Part shown: positions 26,734 through 36,882 of the stretch, piece after piece
How the letters are laid out: every line of letters begins with the position of its first letter
Position numbering within the stretch: the first letter of the stretch is position 1
Assembly (NCBI GenBank): GCA_964304625.1
Contig: OZ199838.1
Location: 13,211,843-13,275,842 of the forward strand
Length of the DNA: 64,000 nucleotides
Source of the DNA: Kudoa neothunni
Taxonomy: Eukaryota; Animalia; Cnidaria
Direction: 5' to 3'
Notes under the pieces: generated by a model
Told to the model about the DNA's origin: nothing
Databases searched by the model: none
The model's input: only the letters and a program-made list of their open reading frames with translations
Made by a program: the position numbers and the translations under genes

Positions 26734-29700
26734 TTAATGCCACCATAAACGCTCATTTTATAAACTACTGAAACACGTGACTATGCATATGGATTAAAGT
26801 ATATCTAGAACTTAACATAGAGTATATTAATTATGATAAAAAAAGCAAATAATCAGTTATTATTCGATGTTTATTGGAAAACGATATGGATTACGCGCGT
26901 ATCCGACTGTAGTCGAATAGGGATTAGGCCAAAATTTAGAAGGAATTTATTTGAGTTCAATATTCTTTTTATTTATTATTGATAATCGTAATAGAAAGGA
27001 CGAGAAAAAACACACTCAAGATGATGTTATTCTGGAGTTACATACTTTACCATTACCTGCAATACATATTCTGTGCGCAAATTTCATCTAATCGCGCGCA
27101 TGCAGTATAAAACTAAATTTTATTTAAACGTACCAATTAACATTTTTTGGAGAAATTGTTATAAAGTACATTTCTATGCATATTTTACAATAGCAGATAT
27201 CCTATCCATCATTAGGTAGAAAACATTCAATCCACTTGGGTCAGCGTATCTCTGAGATAGTATTCTTCAGTTTCTTCGCGTTTAATACATATCTGATGTG
27301 GTCATTTTCATTTCAAATAGATGAATTGTTCCTATTAGAATAGAAATCAGATTCTATAATTTCACATGTTTTGCATGTTCTAACTGATTAATAATGATAC
27401 AACCACCTTGTTAGATTTATTAAAAATTTCAAATTTGAGAATTAAAGCTAAGGTTGATCGTCTTTGTGTATCTAGAAAGGTGTTACTTCGGAATTAATTT
27501 TCCACAAACTTTTCTTTTAAATCTAGTTTTGTGAATTCAGTTATAAACAGATTTTAATTTACTAAGGTTTGGTTGGGGAAGAAAACGCAAAAGATACACG
27601 TAAGAACCACGACATATACGGGTGGGCGAGTATTTCGAATGAAGTTGTAATTTTACAATTTGTGAATTCATTTGATTAATCATTTATCGTTATATCCGTT
27701 TTAGATTTTTTAACAATGATGCAATTAGATACTATCACAGCTGTAGAAAATAATAAAATATTTTTATAAAAATGGTTTTAAAAAATAATAATTTATAATC
27801 ATGATGTAAAAAATATAATAATTAAATCCGAAACTTGCAAATTGTTTCAATATATTATTCGTTTTTTAATATTTATCATTTATAATTATAGGCATGTTTC
27901 GGTATTTAAAAACAATTTTAATTACAATACTAAAATTTTAAAATTTTTACAATTAAACCTAATTTTCCATAATTAATAATGGTGTTTTAGTTTCTAAATT
28001 TTTTATTCGGTTTTCTCTTGTTAAATTTAAAAGTTATTTAATCAATAATGTAAGATAGTTACCATTGGATTTTTTAACCGTTCATTTCCACATAATAAAT
28101 AATAATACAAATATTTAACTTTTTCTAAACTACTTATTTTCATCATAATGATTAATACACAAACCTACAGTTTTATGTCTCATTGTAATTTCCCCCCTAA
28201 TTATTTATAATTTAATTCATCGATAAAAGTATTATTTTCCTAAAGAAATTTTATATTGAGTTACATAAAAATAAAATATTATGGATTTTGGAAAAACAAA
28301 ATGACAATTCTTCTCCATACAGGCGTTAGATTGCGCAGACATAAAACAAAACTTAGTAGTGTTTCGACATTAATGTAAAGTATGATTATTTTAAAAAAAT
28401 TTATGGGTGTGAATTATTTTTTTATTAAATCATTTCAATATTTTATGTAAGGTTTAGCGATTTGGTTAATCCATTCGCACCTTATATACATATATTGCAA
28501 ATTTTAGAGAATAAACACTTTAGTTTATTATTAATCAATAAAAATTTATTTTAATTGATTCATCAAATCGAAAGAAAGTAAGATTTAATTATATTGTTAT
28601 TACTGATTGTTGTTAGTTAGATTCGTCAAAGATTCTATCGTATCACGTATATTTTATTTATCATCAATTTGATCGTTGATATTTGGCTCTCAGAGATATA
28701 TGCATCAAAGAAGTCAATTTCGATTTAGTAATTAAGCTCATAGTTTTCTATATAAAATATTCAAACGTCATCCACATTATTAAAATTATCAATTTGTCGT
28801 AGTTACATCAATAATCAATAACATTAAATATAATAAAAATATTTTTTAATTTAACCCTAAAACAATCTAGTAATAAAAGCATACATTCATGTGTTATCAT
28901 TATAGTTTAAAATCAATGAATCTGCTCAGATTAAAATAATATGTAATCCTGTAAGGAACAGAAGTACGAATAAATTTGTACATGTGGATAAAATTTACAA
29001 TTATAAAAATATTTCTGTTTTTCTTTATTGACTATTAGTTCAATTTTTGTTATTTAATAAATTAATCCAGAATAATTTTTATTAGTATAAAAATAGAAAA
29101 ACGTTGACATCAAAGTTTAATTTTGTTCAAATCATTTAACATAAAGATCACCAAATAATGATTATACGCTTTGATTTGGAGATATTGTTAAATTTAATGG
29201 TGACTAAAATTAATGTACAATATCCATTTTCTAGCATTTATAAAACGAAATCTTAAATAAATAATTCCAAGCGTTTTCTTAATAGCTTATAAAACTTATA
29301 AGATGAAATGCACTTTAGAAAACGATAAAATAATGACACAACGAAAAGTGCGCAATATCCATCTATGTAATAACCGCTGTTGACTGTAATTACGTTTTCT
29401 TCAAGTGTAAACTTTACAAGTATTATTATTGCGTAAAAACGAAACACGTTATTTTTCCACAAACATCTTATTTTTGCAATAATATAAAAATTTTTATTGG
29501 TTTGTTTGATCTTTCATGTTCTTAATATACTCTAATTATTTTTCTCCTCTACCATAGATGTATATTAATCATATTAATAATTTCACAGATATCGACAACG
29601 GTTTCTCTGAAGATAACAACATTGTGTTATAAAAACTCAATCTATATTACTTGTTTATATGGTCATATAGGAATATAATCCCTTTGATTTTATTATGTCA

Positions 29701-30487
29701 GCAATATAAGGCCTACCCCCATAATAAGACCTAGTAGCTAATTCTTGTGTAAAACTTACATAAGATTTGTTCTAATTTTCGAGGAAATACGGTAACCACA
29801 TGTATTGGTTGCACTTTGATCCTAAAAAAAACTGTATATAGTGGATAAAATCCATTCCCTTTTAGAAATATTTTCATGAGAATGTTTCGCTTTTTGTTAA
29901 ATGTAAAATCTGATTCAACATAAGAATGACTCACGACATCTTACCATAGTACCTTGGTGCATGTGCCGGTTTTAAGTGGATTCGAAATCTCTTCCTGCGG
30001 CGGCATGCCAATAGCAAGTAGATCGTGAAATAAATGTAAGTAATCAAGTGTCTAGACTTACACATCTTTCATCACATCTCAAAAGGCTTGCTTAAATTTG
30101 GTTATCTACAATATTCTCAAAATTTTTAACACTTGCAAGATATTTACGACAATTACAAAAAAATTCCTTCTCCTAGCATTATTTCTAAATAATTGATAGG
30201 AATTATTGTAATAAACCAATGAAAAAATATAGTTAACAAATATTACGCTACAATAGGTTACTAACAATATATTTAAATCTAACATAATCCCACGCGATTA
30301 TGAAATACCCTCGATATAAGATTAAGATAAGTTTGAAAATTTTAAATTGATAACGAAGTTAACGATGGTTATATGATTAAATTTAAAATATTTTTAGCTG
30401 AAAAATGCGAAAAAACCAAACAAAGTGGAGGATAACTACGCAAAAATTTGGTTATGCTCGGAAACGCATGCGTTATACACTTAAATA

Positions 30488-31216
30488 ATGTTGCTGACAC
30501 TTTTTAAACGGTAATCATAGTACATTAAACTTTCATGAGGTTGCTTAGAGGTATTTGCGATACGAAAAAGGTTTCTAGTGGAGCAATGCCGTTTGAATAC
30601 GATCCAACAAAAATTGTGTACGCTAATCGAAATCTCATGAGTTTAGAGGACATAGGCTACATGCGCCCGAGAGGTTATAATAAAAATGAAAAAACGATGC
30701 CAGTTTTTTAAAAGGTAGTTTCCGTGATTATTGTTCTTTTAATTTTTATAAGAGCTGAACTCAATATCTCAAATCGTCACATAAGAGCGCGAGTTTTTCA
30801 TCAACTTTCTCAAAAGGTTTTAGCTTCCGCATCCACACTGGAATTTGGCATAAGAAAATACCTTTCGAATAGTCTCACCAATATGGATGCTGTTATCCTT
30901 GTGGCTAATGTGTTGGCATATCGCTGCATGAAGGCTGGTGTAATGAATTGTTACTTTGAGATGCTCAACAAAGATGAAAACGAACGTTGGGCGGCATTTA
31001 AACGACAACTTAATGCTAATGGCATTGCTACTAGCGAGCCGGAGTTGGATCTACCATTAGAAATTTCAAAACCCTGTATTTGAAATGTTGGACTGGTTAA
31101 TTAATTTTTTCGGGATTTTAGACGAGAAAGAATACTATCACGTATATGGTGAATATGGTCCTATATCCTACTACAAAAATATGATTTATACAAAAAATCG
31201 TGTTCACTCGATTTAA
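30488..31216 (+). CDS. MRPL18: Mitochondrial ribosomal protein uL18m (frameshift in exon 2 as assembled)
   Basis: MLLTLFKRG presequence-like start, ANRNLMSLE..RPRGY, then KVLASASTLEFGIRKYL...VLAYRCMKAGV...GIATSEP, matching the MRPL18 family. One extra base near 30682-30694 puts TAA (30709) in frame. Confidence 0.85.
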
Positions 31217-31368
31217 TTTTTATAACGATTACTGAACATAGGCTTTTTCGTGCTACTAGTATTGTTGAATGTGTGTGTAGCTTCGAAAAAGGACTTTTTA
31301 TGATAACGCCAAAATTCAATGCATAAAATAGTTAATACAATTCAAATTATAATTAAAAGTAAGAAATG

Positions 31369-31692
31369 TAATGTAGCCCAAAAGTCTCCATTGCCGAAAT
31401 TTCAGCGACAAGAAACAAAATGGGCGTCAATATATTGAGAGTTAAGACCACGCAATTTAATTAGTTGTAAATTGCGCTTTGAATAACTCTCAACGTTGTG
31501 AAGGCGTTGGAGAGGGAGTTTGGTTTAAGTTTACAACTACTCACTCTTGAGACAAACTCACCGAATAAAACAACCCAAGAGTTAGGTGCAAGGAGTAGTT
31601 TTAATATCCAAAATAATAGGTTAGGTTAGAGATGCACGGGTTAAAGAAATGAAGCATTCAGCTACATCGCCTCTTACCCGCCCAACGCCTCC
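31369..31692 (-). ncRNA. TERC: Candidate telomerase RNA (animal H/ACA type) with TTAGG template
   Basis: Manual fold. P1 31692-31682 pairs with 31510-31500 (11 bp). P1.1 31681-31636. Template CUAACCUAACCUA 31629-31617. P2a 31600-31593 with 31542-31535 (8 bp). P2b 31582-31574 with 31551-31543 (9 bp). U-rich loop UUUUAUUC, then P3 GAGUUUG (31559-31553) with CAAACUC (31522-31516). Long stem 31493-31435. 3' hairpin with UGAA loop followed by ACA (31374-31372). Confidence 0.8.
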
Positions 31693-31790
31693 GGTAACAC
31701 GTGCACGAAACTTTCTTATTCGTAGGGACCCTGACGGGTGATTTCCGATAATTCCCGGAAAATAATAATGTTAAGATTGGTCCAGCAACG
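31693..31790 (-). promoter_or_regulatory. Putative promoter of the telomerase RNA candidate
   Basis: Minus strand shows CCAAT (31780-31776) and a PSE-like TCACCCGTCA (31742-31733) about 50 nt upstream of P1. Motif resemblance only. Confidence 0.35.
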
Positions 31791-31971
31791 AGAAATTACA
31801 ATAATTCTGTATATTATTGTGGAATTAACGATAGATAACATTGAGCGAGCTATTCAGGGTAAAATGAGTTAATTGTTTTACCTTGAGAAAAAATTTCTAA
31901 ATTCTAATTGTACTCTAGTCGACTAATTAAACTTTTAGTTGAATGCAACTAAATGAATTTCTTATTTATTT

Positions 31972-34474
31972 TTATTGTCTAGGAACTCCTATTGGGTAAC
32001 ATTCACCGTTATTGTTACAAACCTATAAGCACGATTACAATGTTTTTTACTACACCTATTAATTACTGATCCCATTGGACAGTTGGGGCATTTGGTGGCG
32101 AATTTTGAAATTGGTTGACAACTTGCTTGGAAGCAACCCTATCATATATAAACTTTAGTAGCTGTTACACATTTAATATACCATGGATTTTCCACAGGGG
32201 AAACCTTTTGGGGGAAGAGCTATATTGTCATCCTGTGTACTAAATGTAATAATATTTATTTGACGAATCGTGCTAGAATCTGGATAATTTTTAAATATAC
32301 TGGCAATTAATTGTTTCGCCATTGTTGACAAATGGTATGGTGATGGTTGGGAACTTACTGTTACCATTATGTTCACACCACAACCTCGAGCAAAGATCCC
32401 TATGTTTTTATTTAAATTATTAACAAAGCAACGATGCTAGTAGATAACAACGTTGAGGAGCAGACGACTTTCTCAGAAGCGTTAAGTGACGACGGCGAAG
32501 TATCATCACAATTGATATCGGAACTCATGTCTTTGATCATCTGAAGGCAGCGCTCCGAATACACAACATTCTTATCTAGCGTAATACAGATAATTGAGTA
32601 AAATCTATTAGTTAAAATCGACAAACCTGTTGGAAACATTCGTTTGCAAGCCATATTGGGATCTGAGCACATTCCATCGAAACAATGTGCCTACGATTAT
32701 GCAATTATTCAACAGTTGGATAGTCGAACAATACGTTTGCTCCACATTGTTTTCCGTCTGCTATGTAGACATCCTCACCACACTACATTTAAAATTTTTA
32801 AATTGCTATAGTCTGCTAACAACAATCAACTTCACTGTTTTCTCCATCACAATATTCTGGTATGTCACAAATAGGATCATTCATTTTTCGGCACAATTTC
32901 CCAGAGATAATCTATTTTATATAAAAAATTTGTTGTATATTGATTTGGAGTACCTGACAGTCTTGACAACAGACTTCATTTGAACACTGCACTCCAGGTT
33001 TGAGTTGACAAGTTTCTTGAGAACAACAAAATCCTGATTTGGCTTCTCGGCAAGTCTAAACATAATTTAACTAAATAGACATTTAAAATTTTAACGTATA
33101 ATATTAGAAGTTTATTAATTGGAAAAATTTTATGTTAAACTTGTGTCATGTATGACTTTAGATGAGTAAATCTAATGTATTGAATATACCTCCAAAGTTC
33201 CACAGTCGCAAGTTTCCCCATCGTGTTCGCTCTTGACACCGTTTCCACAAGTGTCAAATAGGTTTGTTTCCTAACTGAAAATAGATAGATTTGTTTATTT
33301 TCAATATACAAGAATTGGTTGTTGAAGACAACGCCAATTACGAGTTAGGAGTTCCTTGATAGAACAAGTGTGGAACGGTGGGGAATTTTTAGAATTATTC
33401 CTAAACATTTCATTATAAAGAAACAGTATTTTCTGTTATTTATAGAATTTGATATTTTTTTCAATTTACCATTTGAATTGTTCAGCTTTCATAACACATT
33501 TATTGTCAGCCACAGCACAATTACAATCAGGACGACTGCTATTCACTGGACTCATACCGAGCACCTGTCCGATCTCATGTGCTATGGTAAGTCCAACCTT
33601 TACATAATTCCATGTATTACAAACCTATAATTATAATTTGTCAAAAAATCGGTTTCCAATAAAAAAATATTAACTCTTATTAATCCAACAGCACTTTTTG
33701 CACAGGCGGTCCCGTAAAAGGATTTACCCCATTCATCTCCTTCTCCTTTTTTCTGGCTAGAATTAAAAACTAATCACTCACTTCAAAAATAAATAATTTG
33801 TGATAAATTATTTAATTAGAATATAATATCGTAATGTCTTTAATTATCGTAATATTGTTCAACAATGATAGAAATATTATATATTTTTGACTTATTCAAA
33901 CTCATTATTAAGGTATTTACATAAATAAAAGATTGACATCATGCATTATTCCGTCGTCACAAGAAACCTCACTAAATGCGTGTAACATATGGGTGTAATT
34001 ATGGGTGATTTCGATTTTGTCATCATCTTTCCAAATATCGAATTTGACCACCCTTAGTTCAATGTTATGCCAAGCGAATGACTAATTGTAGTTAATTCAC
34101 ACAATAAATAGTAAAATTTACTCTTTGAGCAAATTCAGTTGCATTTAATATAAACTCGACGAGTGTTTTTTCGTCAAGATCTAAACTTGTTATCTAAAAC
34201 AAATCGAATCTTTATCTATAAACAAAATTACTCACCATATCGTTAGATATGAAGTATTTCACATCGATGGAAAGTTTATTTGGTGATTTCACAATCAAGT
34301 GAGGATTGTAGGTTGGCTATTATTCAAAATAAAAGCTTCTTACTAATTTTATTTTACTTTTTTAATTTTTCCTAACGCAAATTAAAGCATTAATATTAGT
34401 CGATAAATAAAATCACCTGCAGACAGCACATTACATGATAAACAACATGCCAAAATAAACAAATTCCAAAACAT
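31972..34474 (-). CDS. ADAM/reprolysin-like protein: signal peptide, inactive metalloprotease fold, disintegrin, Cys-rich, truncated EGF; no prodomain or TM
   Basis: MFWNLFILACCLSCNVLSA signal, then IELRVVKFDIWKDDDKI and HEIGQVLGMSP...CVM. Disintegrin: CGNGVKSEHDGETCDCG, CCSQETCQLKPGVQCS, CRKMNDPICDIPEYCDG. Cys-rich: DLCSRLWC, GFPCGKSM. Ends VCNNNGECYPIGVPRQ*. Confidence 0.88.
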
Positions 34475-34835
34475 TCTTTCCTTATATTAACAAATTGTAT
34501 ACTATTCGCAAATATCTCTCACCTGAAGAATTGCTCACTGATTCCTCAAGAGACGGACGTGAGTCACTTCAATAGTAGGTTTAAAAAATCAATGTTTCTA
34601 AATGCCATAAATTTCATTGAGGAGGTCCTCGCATATACATTAATTTTCAACATACTGACGAAAAATCATTTATTAATAATGATAAACTCAAACATCAAAA
34701 CTCCATATTTATAAAAACTATTTGATTTGTAGCTGCTATTTTTATAAAGAATTCCCTCGACATTGTTTAAACAGATAAAATCACACTGTTTGAATCTTAC
34801 AACACTATAAAATATGTTATTTTCTTGTTTTATCT

Positions 34836-35421
34836 CTATAAAAATGGCAGCTTGTAAACATAAGTCATAATTTTCGAACCAATCCCATAGAATCCACATT
34901 TGAAATTCAACCTCCAGAATTCACTACAATATAATCAATTACACATAAATCATTCATCATATCCACATACATATTATAGTTAAAGTGTTTCGTTTTCTGT
35001 GATTTGAGAAATGATTTGTAGAACAGGTGGAAATCTACATCGGATGGTTTAATGTGGGGATAGCTTTTCATAAAATCACGTCTTTCCTAAAAATACATCA
35101 CCAAAATTTAGAATTAAATTAAATTTGCCACCTTTTCAAATTTCTCCCTATAACTCAACCAATAGTTGTTATTAAGTTGATACAACTCCTCAAAAAGCTC
35201 ATGGTAACGCGTTTCAATGGCACAACCATCACAACGACGATACATTTTAACCTTTCTGATGCCAGAAGGTGGTTCATCGTGTTCGACAAGATCGACTTTG
35301 TCATTTTTAATTGGTGAACTGTTGCCAAACAACATTGACTCAATATAAAAATGCTAATTTTTCAAACGTCGGCTAATCTCATCAGAAATCGGATTTATGA
35401 TAGCCCGACCCTTGAGATCAT
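34836..35421 (-). CDS. COA8: Cytochrome c oxidase assembly factor 8 (APOPT1); 5' end uncertain
   Basis: Spliced PPSGIRKV...LNNNYW...FEKERRDF...FYKSFLKSQKTKHFNYNIEFWRLNF aligns with the COA8 pattern PPDxxSNLR...WNxxFW...FxKEKEEF...FYKEFL...HxxYNxxWYxxN. Confidence 0.75.
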
Positions 35422-35589
35422 ACCTAGATTATTGGGGAAATTAAATTTAATTTTGCTCTACAAAACACATTTCATTCGGTAAAATGTTCCGTAAGTCCAT
35501 GTTGCTTTGAAAAATGCGCCCGTCGGATTTAAAAATTTAATCCTCTAATAAATTTGACGGCGGGCAACATATGAAAGGAGTGTCTTTGA

Positions 35590-36010
35590 ACTGAGCTGTA
35601 AATTTGGAGCTTAGAAGTTCGAATCTCTGGTCTGGTAAGACGCCGCGTCTGCTCTATGAGCCTCTTTTCATTAATTGGAATTTTAAATGGAGGTACGTTC
35701 ATTAATCTATGTTACATATCCTCAATTATAATCCGGTATGGTGAAGAGGGTCGGTTTAGACGTTGTATCGTCGGAGCCAAATTAGTTAACCAAAGTCCTC
35801 TATGTTTCACAGAGTGTGCCCACATCTTTTAAGTTGAGGAAAGATAGAGTTTTTAGCGATGATAACATGATTGAGATAGGGATGTGTAGAGAGTTAAATT
35901 CCCCCATTGCCGCAGGAGGATTGGGTGAGGCACTAAGTATTACTCAGAGTGTTATCTACAGAGTTCATAGATCCTGTCAGACCAACCAGAACTTACCAGT
36001 CTAATGGGCC
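35590..36010 (+). mobile_element. Possible non-LTR retroelement fragment
   Basis: GC-richer patch with B-box-like GTTCGAATC and a SPIAAGGLG peptide resembling the post-RT PxxxGGLG motif. Confidence 0.3.
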
Positions 36011-36326
36011 TGAAGCAAGGATTTAAAAACTCTCGTGCCCAGTGTTAATTTAAAATTTAAATGAAGAAGGAAAATAATTTCGCCTGCATGGCATTCTATT
36101 TTGCATAGTTTCCCAAAATAGTTTTAAAATATTACAGTGATTTTTTATCTATTCAAAAACAAATGCGAAATAATTTTATCGATTTCAACACGAACACACA
36201 TTGAAAAATTAAAACTTGCGTCATTTAAAATAATGTAATTAATTTTTTTGCATAATTATAAAATACTCCATTATAGATTTTTGTTAAAATATAATTCTTC
36301 ATGGTTAAAAAATAACCATATATATA

Positions 36327-36882
36327 CAGTCGAACCTCGGTAACCGGAAGAATTACTTAGTCATATTTCCGGATAAAAGTAGCACCCATCCACCGTACGA
36401 CATAAAATGTAGCGTATAGACCAATGCAATATTTAAAACAAAAATATTTTTAGGTTATTTATTAATAAATTTCTCGTTTAAAACTTAAGTTAAGCATCCA
36501 GTTCTTATATGAATTTATGTAATATCAGAACGTATGTCATTTTGTATCTTAAACATACATTAATTACCGATTATTAAAAAAAGCAGATTATTCTTCTGTA
36601 GACGTGTAAAAACTGCTATATTATATATTGTTTTTCCGTTGTCTCCATACTCTTAGTTAATAGATAGCTCAACATTTTTAATTTAAGTGACAGAATTTAA
36701 AATATCATACTTACTAAATAGTAAAAATAGCTTATTAATCAAGTAAACAATCCTTTAGGTATTAATTTAAAAAACGCTCGCGCACAAGGCGTTGTTTAAA
36801 TTCGACTAGACGGAACCTCGTTATCGCTATCCGGAAAGAAAATCGCCGGCGCCAAATTTTCCGGATAATCGAGGTTTGACTG
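36327..36882. mobile_element. pogo/Tigger-like (Tc1/mariner superfamily) MITE
   Basis: TA flanks. TIRs CAGTCGAACCTCGGTAACCGGAA / CAGTCAAACCTCGATTATCCGGAA. Confidence 0.88.

Noticed and set aside
31630-31850. Extra ADAM exon encoding a TM segment (FLVAGPILTLLF) or other short ORFs
   Set aside because: The ADAM ORF already ends at TAA 31972 with AATAAA signals. No in-frame acceptor leads into this peptide, and the region is better explained by the RNA gene and its promoter.
35360-35390. Second CTGATGA...GAAA motif and apparent in-frame TAA in the COA8 5' region
   Set aside because: No stem II pairing. The TAA falls inside a plausible 54-nt GT-AG intron, so there is no need to invoke stop-codon reassignment.
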